A stretch of DNA of 64,000 nucleotides, taken from NCBI GenBank assembly GCA_050742455.1, contig JBOGIG010000111.1, forward strand, positions 3,537 through 67,536, given 5' to 3'. Source of the DNA: Acidimicrobiales bacterium (GTDB lineage Bacteria; Actinomycetota; Acidimicrobiia; Acidimicrobiales; JBOGIG01). The notes under the pieces were generated by a model. It did no database searches. It was not told the origin of the DNA and saw nothing but the letters and a program-made list of their open reading frames with translations. Position 1 is the stretch's first letter; the number at the start of each line of letters is the position of its first letter. A program made the translations under genes and the position numbers. Shown in pieces: positions 27,058 through 36,255 of this stretch.

Positions 27058-27747
27058 GTGGACCTCCCAGGCGGAGTGAAGGCCCTCTGGACCACCCGGC
27101 AGGACGGTGACCTGCGCACGGTTGGCCGGATCCCACTGACGGCGGAAATGGTAAGGCGCCGGTCACTGGTGGTGGCCAGACCATGGGTCACACTCGATCA
27201 GGTCCACGGCGCCCACGTAGTCACTGTCGACCGCAACGGTGGAGTGATCGATGAGAGCCTCGGGGATCAAGGCGTCCCGACCGGCGATGCTCTCGTGTCC
27301 GACACCTTCGAGCGCGCTCTGGCAGTGATGACGGCCGATTGCGCCTCCCTGGCCCTGGCCGATCCACACGGAACCATGGCCGCGGTGCACGCCGGCTGGA
27401 GAGGACTCCTGGCCGGGGTGATTGAGAAAACGGTGGAAGCCATGCGTCGGGGGGGAACCGGACCCATCGTGGCCGCTCTGGGGCCGTGCATCCATCCCGA
27501 GTGCTATGAATTCGGCCTCGAGGGGCTCGACGCTCTTGGCGACCGCTTCGGTCCGGGTGTGCGCGCACGAACGGCCACCGGGTCGTGGGCTCTTGACCTG
27601 CCCGCCGCCGTACGGGCCGCCGTGGACCGATCCGGAGCGGCGATGGTCAATTGCCCGAGCCCCTGCACGGCTTGTCACCCGGATTATTTTTCCCATCGGG
27701 CTCGAGGCGATGTCGGCCGCCAGGCCCTGGTGATGTGGCGTGAGTGA
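27058..27747 (+). CDS. pgeF: peptidoglycan editing factor PgeF (YfiH/laccase-domain protein)
   Basis: DALVSD...AVMTADCASLAL...AAVHAGWRGLLAGV motifs of the DUF152/YfiH family, in the conserved position after ftsZ. Confidence 0.85.
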   Translation: MDLPGGVKALWTTRQDGDLRTVGRIPLTAEMVRRRSLVVARPWVTLDQVHGAHVVTVDRNGGVIDESLGDQGVPTGDALVSDTFERALAVMTADCASLALADPHGTMAAVHAGWRGLLAGVIEKTVEAMRRGGTGPIVAALGPCIHPECYEFGLEGLDALGDRFGPGVRARTATGSWALDLPAAVRAAVDRSGAAMVNCPSPCTACHPDYFSHRARGDVGRQALVMWRE

Positions 27748-28483
27748 TCCCTCTGACACTGCCCCCAGCGGCTCTGCCCGAACCGGCGGTCACGAGGACA
27801 ATCTCGCTGAGGGCCAGGCCGGCCAGGACATGCTCACGTCTCGCTTGAAAGCCCTCGAGGACCGTATCCGGGCCTGGGGTAGGGAGCCGGGGGACATCAC
27901 TGTGGTTGGGGTAACCAAGGGATTCGGCCCCGAATTGGTAGAGACCGCGCTCCGGGCCGGATTGGCCGATCTGGGTGAGAACTATGCCCCTGAGCTGCTC
28001 CTCAAGGCTCGGTCTGGCGGGAGCATACGTTGGCACTTTCTCGGAGCCATCCAGCGCAACAAGGTGCGGACTCTATGTCCTGTGGTCAGCGTGTGGCACA
28101 GCGTGACCCGCCTGGAGGAAGGGGCCGAGATTGCTCGTCATGCCCCCGGTGCGCGGGTCTTTATTCAGGCCAACTTCACCGGCCTGGCGCAGCGCCGGGG
28201 TGTCGCTCCAACCGAGGTTGCCCGTCTGGTGGAGGGCCTGAGCGCCTACGAGCTCGACATCGCAGGCTTGATGACCATGCCGGCTGGGACGAGGGGACCG
28301 CCGGCGCGCGAGGTCTTTGCCCGCGCGGCCGACCTGGCCCGCGGCCTTGGCTTGAGAGGGCTTTCCATGGGTATGAGCACCGATGTGCAAGACGCCGTGG
28401 TCGAGGGATCGACCGTGATCCGAATCGGCCAGGGACTATTTGGCCCTCGCCCCAGGGTCCCCGTTCCACGCAGTGCCCGGTGA
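27740..28483 (+). CDS. yggS: YggS/YlmE family pyridoxal-phosphate homeostasis protein
   Basis: VVGVTKGF...DLGENY...WHFLGAIQRNK...SMGMS motifs are present. The start is GTG at 27740 (8-nt overlap with pgeF) or ATG at 27830. Confidence 0.85.
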   Translation: MSDPSDTAPSGSARTGGHEDNLAEGQAGQDMLTSRLKALEDRIRAWGREPGDITVVGVTKGFGPELVETALRAGLADLGENYAPELLLKARSGGSIRWHFLGAIQRNKVRTLCPVVSVWHSVTRLEEGAEIARHAPGARVFIQANFTGLAQRRGVAPTEVARLVEGLSAYELDIAGLMTMPAGTRGPPAREVFARAADLARGLGLRGLSMGMSTDVQDAVVEGSTVIRIGQGLFGPRPRVPVPRSAR

Positions 28484-28516
28484 AACAATAAGCTTGGCTG
28501 TCAGGGAGGCACGCAA

Positions 28517-29110
28517 ATGGCTTCAATCTTTCGCAAGGCCATGGTCTATTTGGGCCTGGACGATGACGAATACCACGAATACGAGTCCTACAACCCAGCC
28601 GACGGGGACCCGGGGCGCGCCGCTAACCGCGACTACAACCCCAACGGTGGCGCCTATTCGCCCCGTGACCGGGTGCAGGGCCCGGCCGCGGATCGCACCG
28701 GGGCCATGACCCTTTCCCCGGAAGTAGCAGAGCCCACCCTGACGTCAGTTCGAGCCATCCCCCGTGACGACCCGGCTGGGGTGGGGCCGGTGATACCTCG
28801 GGGAGCTGTGGTCCGGCCCTTGGTGCCCGAGAAAGGGGCCAAGGTGAACGTGGTGGCACCCGCCCGGTTCTCCGATGCCAAGGAGATCGGGGACAACCTC
28901 AGGTCCAACCAGCCGGTGATCGTGAACCTCCAAGTAGTGGACCGCGACCTGTCCCGCCGCATGATCGACTTCTGCAGTGGGGTCACCTACGGACTGGGTG
29001 GATCGATGGATAAGGTAGCCGACCAGGTTTTCCTGCTTACGCCGTCTAACGTCGAGGTATCGGCCGAAGAGAAGCAGCGTTTGAGCGAGCGCGGACTGTA
29101 CCAGTCCTGA
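28517..29110 (+). CDS. sepF: cell division protein SepF
   Basis: Conserved C-terminal SepF domain: FSDAKEIGDNLRSNQPVIVNL...MIDFCSGVTYGLGGSMDKVADQVFLLTP. Confidence 0.9.
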   Translation: MASIFRKAMVYLGLDDDEYHEYESYNPADGDPGRAANRDYNPNGGAYSPRDRVQGPAADRTGAMTLSPEVAEPTLTSVRAIPRDDPAGVGPVIPRGAVVRPLVPEKGAKVNVVAPARFSDAKEIGDNLRSNQPVIVNLQVVDRDLSRRMIDFCSGVTYGLGGSMDKVADQVFLLTPSNVEVSAEEKQRLSERGLYQS

Positions 29111-29123
29111 ATCGGATGACCCT

Positions 29124-29381
29124 TTGCATTACATAGTCGACCTGTTGAACATTTTCGTCATCCTGCTTTTCGCCCGGGTGATTCTCAGTTATTTCCCCAT
29201 CTCGCCCGGCTCGCCAATCGGCGGGGTGGCCCGGTTTCTCAACACCGTGACCGAGCCGGTGCTCAGTCCGATAAGGCGGCTGTTGCCCCCGGTTCGGTTG
29301 GGCCAGATCGGTATGGACCTCTCGCCGATCATCGTGTTCTTCGTGATCGAGATTCTCTTGATACCAGCTCTCGGACGCTGA
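29124..29381 (+). CDS. yggT: YggT (YlmG) family membrane protein
   Basis: An 85-aa two-TM protein in the conserved position between sepF and divIVA, containing the motif ...EPVLSPIRRLLPP. Confidence 0.75.
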   Translation: MHYIVDLLNIFVILLFARVILSYFPISPGSPIGGVARFLNTVTEPVLSPIRRLLPPVRLGQIGMDLSPIIVFFVIEILLIPALGR

Positions 29382-29447
29382 GGGAGTGGGCACCGGTAAA
29401 GCCAATCGCTTCCGCGACGACGCACGCACGCACTAGCATCACGCTCC

Positions 29448-30200
29448 ATGGAAGTTTCGCCAAAGGTCCTCCGCGATGTCGAGTTCAGAGAAGCCCGCAA
29501 GGGGTACCACCCCGATGACGTGGACGAGTTCCTGGAGAAAGTGGCCGTGAGCCTCGACATGCTCCAGCAGCGTCTTCGCCAGACGGTGGACCGGGCCGAG
29601 AGGGCAGAGAGCGCGGCCCAGGCCCGCTCCGAGGAAATGCCGGCTGAGGCGGGAGACGTCATCGGGCGAACGTTGGTCATGGCCCAGCGGACCGCAGATC
29701 AGGCCGTTGCTGACGCACGACGCCAGGCTGCCGAAGTCATCGAAAATGCCAATCTCCAAGCCGACGCCGTTGTGTCGGATGCCACCGAGGTTTCCGTTCG
29801 CATGAAAGCGGATGCCGAGGCCGAGGTAAGAGCCGAGCTGAATCGCCTGGAGGCAGCCAGAAACAATCTCCAGGCCGATGTGGACAGCCTGGAGCGACAC
29901 CTCGACGGAGAAAGGTCTCGCTTGCAAGCGGCGTTGGCCGACACCCTTCGGTGGCTGGACGGCAACATGACGGCGATGCCCCCGCCCGCGATTACCTACG
30001 TTGCGGCGTCGGATCCACCTGCGGGAGGTTCGTCGGAATCACGGTCTAACCCTGGCCCTGATGCCGGTTACGAAGAGGGTTGGGAATCTCGATCGACGTC
30101 CACCGTCCAGGCCCAGGGCCCGTCTGGTGACACGGATTGGTCGGCTCAGGAAAATCGATCTTCTAGCATGGAGGAATCGGGGCGCAATTGGCGCTCTTGA
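29448..30200 (+). CDS. divIVA: DivIVA/Wag31 family polar scaffold protein
   Basis: N-terminal VLRDVEFREARKGYHPDDVDEFLEKV lipid-binding domain followed by coiled-coil sequence. Confidence 0.85.
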   Translation: MEVSPKVLRDVEFREARKGYHPDDVDEFLEKVAVSLDMLQQRLRQTVDRAERAESAAQARSEEMPAEAGDVIGRTLVMAQRTADQAVADARRQAAEVIENANLQADAVVSDATEVSVRMKADAEAEVRAELNRLEAARNNLQADVDSLERHLDGERSRLQAALADTLRWLDGNMTAMPPPAITYVAASDPPAGGSSESRSNPGPDAGYEEGWESRSTSTVQAQGPSGDTDWSAQENRSSSMEESGRNWRS

Positions 30201-30292
30201 CCGGCATGGGGAACCCGGGGGCCAGTCCTCCTCCCCACACCGGCTGTCTCGGCCTGTTCCTATTCCAAAATGACTACTCGGGTGGTGGGTGA

Positions 30293-31846
30293 GTGTTGGC
30301 ACTTGTGACTTTGTTTACCGTGGGCTTGATCCTGCTGAGCGCGGCGACTCTGATCGTCGGCTTCATCGATAACAGCCTGGCCCTCATCTATGTTGCCATC
30401 GGCGCGGCGTTTGCCGCATGTGTCATCCTCGCCTTGTCGGCCCGTTTCAAGACCGCGGCTGACGTCCGACACCTTCGCCAGGCCACGGCAGGGGGAGTTA
30501 TGCCTTTGAACGAGCCCAGTTCCAACCTCGGGCCTGCGCCCCGCAAGGTGCGCTCGCCAGGCGCGGCCCAAGCCAAATCCGCCACCGCCCCGGCGACGGC
30601 GACGGCGACGGTCGATCGGCCAGTACCCGAAGAGCCGGTGGCTGCGCCCAAGCCCCGATTGGGACCGTTCTCCTTCGTCAAGGCCAAGCTGGGGAGAAAG
30701 CGCTCGGCAGCCAAGGCCGAAGGTTCCGCCGCGAAGGCCGAAGGCTCCGACGGTGCTCAGCCGACCGCCGACAAAGCCGCCGATCCGTCGGGCTCCAAGT
30801 CCAGGTCCAAGTCCAAGGCGGACGCCAACACCATGAGTCTGGCCGACCGTTTGGAATTCGACGCCCCCGATGCCGGCGCCGACGAGCCCACCGTTGTCGT
30901 GCTTCCGGGACCGCAATCGGGTGCTTCGGAGAAATCGTCAGGTGGGGATCGTGCCGGGCATGGGGTCCCCGATCTCACCTGGGAACCGGGCGCGGCCGAA
31001 TCGGCATTTCCCATAGCCGACTACGACAAGCTCACCGAAGCTGAGGTGCTCAGCCTTGTCGACGAACTCGAAGACGATGAGGTGGCCCAGGTATCCAAGC
31101 GGGAAAGAGCCGGTCGTGGCCGATCGGCCATCTTGCAAAGTTTGGCCTCCCACGCCTTGTCCCTGCGGATGGGTTCGTCTTCCTCGGCGCAATCAAGCTT
31201 GCCCATCGCCGACTACGAGAGCCTGAGGGTGCCCGAGATCCTGCCATTGCTGGCCGAATTGGACTTGGGCGAACTGCTGGCGGTGCGAGGTCGTGAATCC
31301 AACGGCGAGCGCCGGTCCACCATCCTCAACCGGATAGATCGCCTGGCCCGATTTATGGGGGCCAAACCCGCGGATCTGGCTACAGCGCCAGTCCCGGCCA
31401 TGGCCGTTGCGCCTGGACCGGCACACCGCCCCACCGACTCCAGGCGTCCATCCCCGACGGCACCACGACCTGCCGCCCCAGCCAAGCGCAGCGTGACCAA
31501 TGCGGCCCCTGCGAAGCGATCCACGGCCAAGACACCCGCCCCGGCCAAGCCCAGCGCGTCCAAGCGATCCACGGCCAAGACACCAGCCCCAGCCAAGGCG
31601 ACCGCCAAGCGGAGCGCAGCGCCGGCCAAGCGGAGCCCAGCCCCAGCCAAGCGATCCTCGGCCAAGACGCCCGCCACGGCCAAGCGAAGCCCGGCCCCAG
31701 CCAAGGCGACCGCCAAGCGAAGCCCGGCCCCAGCCAAGGCGACCGCCAAGCGGAGCCCAGCCCCGGCCAAGCGATCGACCGCCAAGAGGGCGGCCTCGGC
31801 GGCCAAGGGGTCCTCGACGACCAAGTCATCAGCGCGTAAGCGCTGA
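30293..31846 (+). CDS. hypothetical membrane-anchored protein with duplicated about 45-aa module and Lys/Ala/Pro-rich histone-H1-like C-terminal tail
   Basis: There are two N-terminal hydrophobic helices (aa 1-50). The duplicated module is FPIADYDKLTEAEVLSLVDELEDDEV...RSAILQSL (nt 31007-31147) and LPIADYESLRVPEILPLLAELDLGEL...RSTILNRI (nt 31199-31348). The C-terminal 125 aa consist of AKRS(P/T)A(P/K)..PAPAK repeats. The TTG start is uncertain. Confidence 0.7.
   Translation: MLALVTLFTVGLILLSAATLIVGFIDNSLALIYVAIGAAFAACVILALSARFKTAADVRHLRQATAGGVMPLNEPSSNLGPAPRKVRSPGAAQAKSATAPATATATVDRPVPEEPVAAPKPRLGPFSFVKAKLGRKRSAAKAEGSAAKAEGSDGAQPTADKAADPSGSKSRSKSKADANTMSLADRLEFDAPDAGADEPTVVVLPGPQSGASEKSSGGDRAGHGVPDLTWEPGAAESAFPIADYDKLTEAEVLSLVDELEDDEVAQVSKRERAGRGRSAILQSLASHALSLRMGSSSSAQSSLPIADYESLRVPEILPLLAELDLGELLAVRGRESNGERRSTILNRIDRLARFMGAKPADLATAPVPAMAVAPGPAHRPTDSRRPSPTAPRPAAPAKRSVTNAAPAKRSTAKTPAPAKPSASKRSTAKTPAPAKATAKRSAAPAKRSPAPAKRSSAKTPATAKRSPAPAKATAKRSPAPAKATAKRSPAPAKRSTAKRAASAAKGSSTTKSSARKR
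31483..31800. repeat. imperfect tandem array encoding AKRS/PAPAK basic repeats (core perfect 33-bp x2 at 31679-31744)
   Basis: GCCAAGCGAAGCCCGGCCCCAGCCAAGGCGACC occurs at 31679-31711 and 31712-31744, flanked by diverged copies of GCCAAGCG(A/G)(A/T)CC... Confidence 0.85.
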
Positions 31847-31860
31847 CAATCCGAGGTCGT

Positions 31861-34800
31861 TCAGGCCCGCGCCAGCTTTATGGCTATGGGTCGTCCGTCA
31901 TGGAGACGCCCGTCGCTGCTGTACACCTCGCCTTGGGCCCCTGAACCCAACACACCCCCAGGTCCAAGGTCATCCTCAGCGTCACGCCCCGGGCCAGCCT
32001 GGAACGGGGTGAGTTCAAGGTCGTGGGCCAAAGTTTGGGTGGCGATGTAAGGGCGGTGGGCGCCAAGTGAATCGATGGCCTCGGCCGGCACCATTATCCG
32101 GAGCCAAATGTGGTCCGAGACGTGCAATCCCGCACCCCGGCGGGCCAGCTGGATCTGGCGCACCACGTCACGGGCAAGGCCCTCCGCCTCGAGCTCTGGG
32201 GTCATGGTTAGATCCAGTTTGACCAGGCCATCGTGCTCGGGCAGCACTCGCATCGACGCCTTGTCCTTGGGAACCAGTCGGAGGCTGAACTCGGAGTCGG
32301 ATAATTCGATTCCCCCAACTACCAGTGTTGACGCTCCGGTACGGGTCCAGTCTCCCTGCTTGGCCGCGGCGATCACCTTTTGAGTGTCCGGTCCCAGGCG
32401 GGGTCCCAGAGCCGATGGATTTACGGCGATGGTCGAGTCAGCCATTGTGACTACATCGGCGGACAGGACTACCTCGTTAACGTTGACTTCGTCGGCGATC
32501 AGGGCGATGTATGGAGCCAGGTCCGCCGAATCGGGACTGGCCACCTCCAGCCGGCTCAACGGAAGGCGGGCTCTGAGCCCGTTGGCCTTGCGTATGGAGT
32601 GGGCAGCCGAGCACACGTCTCGCACCCGGTCCATGGTTCGGGCCAGCTCGGGATCGTGCGGAAGCGTGGAGGCATCAGGCCAGTCGGTCAGATGCACACT
32701 CCGAGAGCCGGTCAGTGGCTGGTAGATAGCCTCGGTGAGCATGGGCAGGAGGGGAGCGGCGGCCTGGCAAAGCAGGCCGAGGACCGTACCCAGGGTGTCG
32801 TAGGCATCGATCTTGTCCTGGTCCTCCTCGGCGTTGGGGCGCCGTGGCTCCCAAAATCGGTCCCGGCTGCGCCGTATGTACCAGTTGTTCAAGGAGTCGA
32901 GGAAGCTCGAAAGCGACGCGCAGGCCCCGGTCAGGTCGTAGCTGTCCATGCGCTGGGCGACCTCGGTCAGCAATTGCGCCGTCTTGGCCAGTATGTAGCG
33001 GTCGAGGACCCCGGTGGCGTCCGTTCGGACCCGCGCCTTGACCTGATCGGTGTTGGCATAAAGGCAGAAGAAATACCAGGCGTTCCAGATGGGGTTGAGA
33101 ACGTTGCGCACGGCCTCGGCGATGGCCCGATCCTCGACGATGAGATCCTGGCCCCTCAGCACTGAGGATGACAGGAGAGTCCAGCGCACGGCATCGGCGC
33201 CGTATTTGGCAAACATTTCCTCGGGGTCGGGAAAGTTGCGTAGCCGCTTGGACGCCTTGCGCCCGTCGTTGCCCAGGATGTTGCCGTGGGCCACGCAGGC
33301 TTGGAACGGGGGACATGCAAACAGGGCGGTCGAAAGGACGTGGAGGGTATAGAACCACCCTCTGGTCTGACCGATGTATTCCACGATGAAGTCGGCCGGG
33401 AAGTGAGCCTCGAAGCGTTCGGTGTTCTCGAAGGGGTAGTGCACCTGGGCGTAGGGCATAGAGCCTGAATCGAACCAGCAGTCGAGGACGTCGCTGACCC
33501 GGCGCATCACCGATCGGCCGGTGGGATCGTCTGGATTGGGCCTGGTCAAGTTGTCTATGTAGGGGCGGTGCAGATCCGTGGGACGAACCCCGAAGTCGGC
33601 TTCCAACTCGTCGAGACTGCCATAGACGTCGATGCGGGGGTAGGCCGGATCGTCGCTCTGCCACACCGGGATGGGGGAGCCCCAGAACCGATTGCGGCTG
33701 ATGGACCAATCGCGGGCCCCTTCCAACCACTTGCCGAATGCCCCGTCCCTTACGTTGGGGGGAGTCCAGGTTATGCGCTGGTTGAGCTCGACCATCTGAT
33801 CCTTGATGGCGCTCACATTGACGAACCACGAGCTGACCGCCCGATAGATGAGGGGCGTGTCGGTGCGCCAGCAGTGCGGGTAGCTGTGCTCGTAGGTGTC
33901 GTGGCGCAGGATTGAACCGGCTGACTTCAGGTGGGCAATGATGCCGGGGTTGGCTTCGAAGACCTGCTGTCCGGCGAAGTCCGTCACTTCAGGGGTGAAT
34001 CGACCTCGATCGTCCACCGGACAAACCACGCCGATCCCGGCGCTTTCGCATACGCGTTGGTCGTCTTCCCCGAATCCAGGGGCCATATGGACGATACCGG
34101 TACCCTCGTCGATAGCCACGAAGTCGGCGGAAAGGACCCGAAAGGCATTGATGGAGCTCTCGGCGAAATACGGGAAAAGGGGTTGGTAGGTCCTTCCCAC
34201 CAGTTCGGCCCCGTCGACGGTGGCCACCACTTCGGCTTCAAAGAGCATCTCGAGGTAGGCATCGAGACGGTCCCGCCCCACCAGGTAATGATCTCCATCC
34301 GATGCCACAATGACGTATTGGATCTCGTCTCCCACAGCCAGAGCCAGGTTGGACGGCAAGGTCCACGGCGTCGTTGTCCACACCAGGGCCTTGAGGGGCC
34401 GGTCGGCTATCGAGGAGCCCGGTCCCGGCTCCAGGGTGAACACCACCGTCACGGCCGGGTCCTGACGGGGTCGGTAGGAATCGTCCTGGCGGGTCTCGAA
34501 GTTGGACAGGGGGGTTTCGCACTCCCAGCAGTAGGGAAGGACTCGGTAGCCCTCGTAGGCCAAGCCCTTTTCCCACAACTGCTTGAATGCCCACATGACG
34601 CTTTCCATGTAGGACGTATCCATTGTCTTGTAGTCGTGCGCAAAGTCGACCCAACGGGCCTGACGAGTGACATAGCGTTCCCAGGCATCGGCCGTGCGCA
34701 GGACCAAGTTGCGGCAGTACTGGTTGAACCGATCGATGCCGTATTCGACGATGGCGGCCCGCCCTGCGAGCTCCAATTCCTTCTCGGCTTCCATCTCGGC

Positions 34801-35100
34801 GGGCAGACCGTGGCAGTCCCAGCCCCATCGGCGCTCCACCTTGCGCCCCTTCATCGTCTGGTAGCGGGGAACGGCATCCTTAACGAACCCGGTTAGCAGG
34901 TGTCCGTAGTGGGGCAGTCCGTTGGCAAAGGGCGGACCGTCATAGAAGATAAATTCGTTGTCGCCGCCCGCTCTGGCGTCTACTGACGCCTGAAATGTGT
35001 GGTCCCGCTCCCAAAAGGCAAGTGTTTCTAGTTCAAGCCCGGCGAAGTTGGGCTGTTGGGCCACGTCGGGGTAAGGCTTGTCGCCGGACTGGGGAACCAT
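31861..35100 (-). CDS. ileS: isoleucine--tRNA ligase (type 2)
   Basis: YDGPPFANGLPHYGHLLTG (HIGH region), the KMSKS-equivalent KASKRL, and a length and N-terminus that align with actinobacterial type-2 IleRS. ATG at 35100 is preferred over the upstream ATG at 35178. Confidence 0.95.
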   Translation of the reverse strand: MVPQSGDKPYPDVAQQPNFAGLELETLAFWERDHTFQASVDARAGGDNEFIFYDGPPFANGLPHYGHLLTGFVKDAVPRYQTMKGRKVERRWGWDCHGLPAEMEAEKELELAGRAAIVEYGIDRFNQYCRNLVLRTADAWERYVTRQARWVDFAHDYKTMDTSYMESVMWAFKQLWEKGLAYEGYRVLPYCWECETPLSNFETRQDDSYRPRQDPAVTVVFTLEPGPGSSIADRPLKALVWTTTPWTLPSNLALAVGDEIQYVIVASDGDHYLVGRDRLDAYLEMLFEAEVVATVDGAELVGRTYQPLFPYFAESSINAFRVLSADFVAIDEGTGIVHMAPGFGEDDQRVCESAGIGVVCPVDDRGRFTPEVTDFAGQQVFEANPGIIAHLKSAGSILRHDTYEHSYPHCWRTDTPLIYRAVSSWFVNVSAIKDQMVELNQRITWTPPNVRDGAFGKWLEGARDWSISRNRFWGSPIPVWQSDDPAYPRIDVYGSLDELEADFGVRPTDLHRPYIDNLTRPNPDDPTGRSVMRRVSDVLDCWFDSGSMPYAQVHYPFENTERFEAHFPADFIVEYIGQTRGWFYTLHVLSTALFACPPFQACVAHGNILGNDGRKASKRLRNFPDPEEMFAKYGADAVRWTLLSSSVLRGQDLIVEDRAIAEAVRNVLNPIWNAWYFFCLYANTDQVKARVRTDATGVLDRYILAKTAQLLTEVAQRMDSYDLTGACASLSSFLDSLNNWYIRRSRDRFWEPRRPNAEEDQDKIDAYDTLGTVLGLLCQAAAPLLPMLTEAIYQPLTGSRSVHLTDWPDASTLPHDPELARTMDRVRDVCSAAHSIRKANGLRARLPLSRLEVASPDSADLAPYIALIADEVNVNEVVLSADVVTMADSTIAVNPSALGPRLGPDTQKVIAAAKQGDWTRTGASTLVVGGIELSDSEFSLRLVPKDKASMRVLPEHDGLVKLDLTMTPELEAEGLARDVVRQIQLARRGAGLHVSDHIWLRIMVPAEAIDSLGAHRPYIATQTLAHDLELTPFQAGPGRDAEDDLGPGGVLGSGAQGEVYSSDGRLHDGRPIAIKLARA

Positions 35101-35220
35101 CCCCTCAGCGTACGGGCAATAGATGATGGCCGGATGCGGTCGACACAGCGGGTATCGTAATCTCTCCACCGGACCCATCGAGGGGGCCGGTTGTCATGGA
35201 GCGAAGAGGACCTGGATCGC

Positions 35221-36255
35221 ATGGCGCGAAGCACCAAATCAAAGCAGCCGGCGTCGAAGACCAAGAAGTCGGCCTCCCCCGCCGGCCAGGCTGTGTCCAA
35301 GACTCCGGCCAAGGCGGGCGCGTCGCCGGCCTCGAAGATGATTCCCAAGGGTCCGGCCATGCCGGCCACACCGGTCCGGCGATCGCCCAAGGTATCCAAG
35401 GCGCCCAAGTCCACAACTGCATCCATCCCGACCAAGAAGTCCGCACCGGCCAAGCCAACCAAGCCGGCCACGCCAACCAAGCCGGCCAAGGCGCCCAAGC
35501 CGGCCACGCCAACCAAGCCGGCCACGGCGCCCAAGTCCACAACTGCGTCAATCTCGACCAAGAAGTCAGCACCGACCAAGAAGTCAGCACCGACCAAGAA
35601 GTCAGCACCGACCAAGAAGTCAGCACCGACCAAGGCAACGACCGATCCCAATCCAACGCTGGCCAAGTCGTCGGTCACGGGGGGCAGGCCAGGTGGGACG
35701 AGATCCCGCGAGAGAGCCGGGGCAAAGACGCCAGCCACGACGCCTGCATTGGCCCGGACCATCGTCAAGGTCATGGCGGATCCGAACGCCGGGGCACATT
35801 CGCCCGCCGCCACGGGGACCAAGTCAAGGTCGGGCTCTGCCGGGGCGGCCGCCAAAGGGACCCAGCCGCTTCCCGTTGACGTCTACGATTCCGCCTTCAT
35901 GGCGGAGCAAAAGGAGCTGTTGCTCTCCGAGCAAGCGGCATATTTGGAGTCGGCCGAGGCCCTCAAAGCCGAGGCCGATGCCCTGGCCCAGGACATGGAG
36001 CCCGGCGACGTTCAGTTCGATGAGGAATCAGGTGAAGGTGGAACCGCCACCATCGACCGGGAACGAGACCTGGTCCTGTCGGCCCAAGCTCACGCTGCGG
36101 TGGACGAGATAACCCACGCTTTAGCCAAGATAGCGGCCCGAACCTACGGAACCTGTGAGAGTTGTCGTAAACCCATCCCCAAGCTTCGGCTCAAGGCCCT
36201 GCCCTACGCACGCTTGTGCGTTGCGTGTAAGAGCGGGGGCCTGTCACGCCGTTGA
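35221..36255 (+). CDS. DksA/TraR C4 zinc-finger protein with N-terminal histone-H1-like Lys/Pro/Ala-rich domain (DdbA-like)
   Basis: The C-terminus CESCRKPIPKLRLKALPYARLCVACK (C4 zinc finger) follows a coiled-coil DksA-like region. The N-terminal about 160 aa are KKSAP/PTKPA repeats. ATG at 35221 has a GAGGA SD 10 nt upstream; the ORF track starts at TTG 35191. Confidence 0.8.
   Translation: MARSTKSKQPASKTKKSASPAGQAVSKTPAKAGASPASKMIPKGPAMPATPVRRSPKVSKAPKSTTASIPTKKSAPAKPTKPATPTKPAKAPKPATPTKPATAPKSTTASISTKKSAPTKKSAPTKKSAPTKKSAPTKATTDPNPTLAKSSVTGGRPGGTRSRERAGAKTPATTPALARTIVKVMADPNAGAHSPAATGTKSRSGSAGAAAKGTQPLPVDVYDSAFMAEQKELLLSEQAAYLESAEALKAEADALAQDMEPGDVQFDEESGEGGTATIDRERDLVLSAQAHAAVDEITHALAKIAARTYGTCESCRKPIPKLRLKALPYARLCVACKSGGLSRR
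35557..35628. repeat. perfect 18-bp x4 in-frame tandem repeat (ACCAAGAAGTCAGCACCG, encoding TKKSAP)
   Basis: Copies at 35557-35574, 35575-35592, 35593-35610 and 35611-35628. A larger diverged duplication (APKSTTASI(P/S)TKKSAP) lies at about 35398-35448 and 35525-35574. Confidence 0.95.

Noticed and set aside
31213-31829. Long minus-strand ORFs (203 and 149 aa) across the AKRS repeat region, and similarly 35028-35855 (275 aa) across the KKSAP repeats.
   Set aside because: They are antisense translations of repeat DNA (Leu/Ala/Gly-rich periodic sequence). The sense frames carry a recognisable membrane anchor and a DksA zinc finger and fit the local synteny.
35101-35220. Possible T-box leader upstream of ileS, since actinobacterial ileS genes often carry a translational T-box.
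   Set aside because: The minus-strand leader lacks the conserved T-box sequence (GGGUGGUACCGCG-like). It contains only GGUGGAGAGAUUACGAUACCCGC, and I found no convincing specifier-loop AUC context. A CCCCCUC...GAGGGG pairing that could mask the SD exists, but it is too weak on its own to call. A covariance-model search would be needed.
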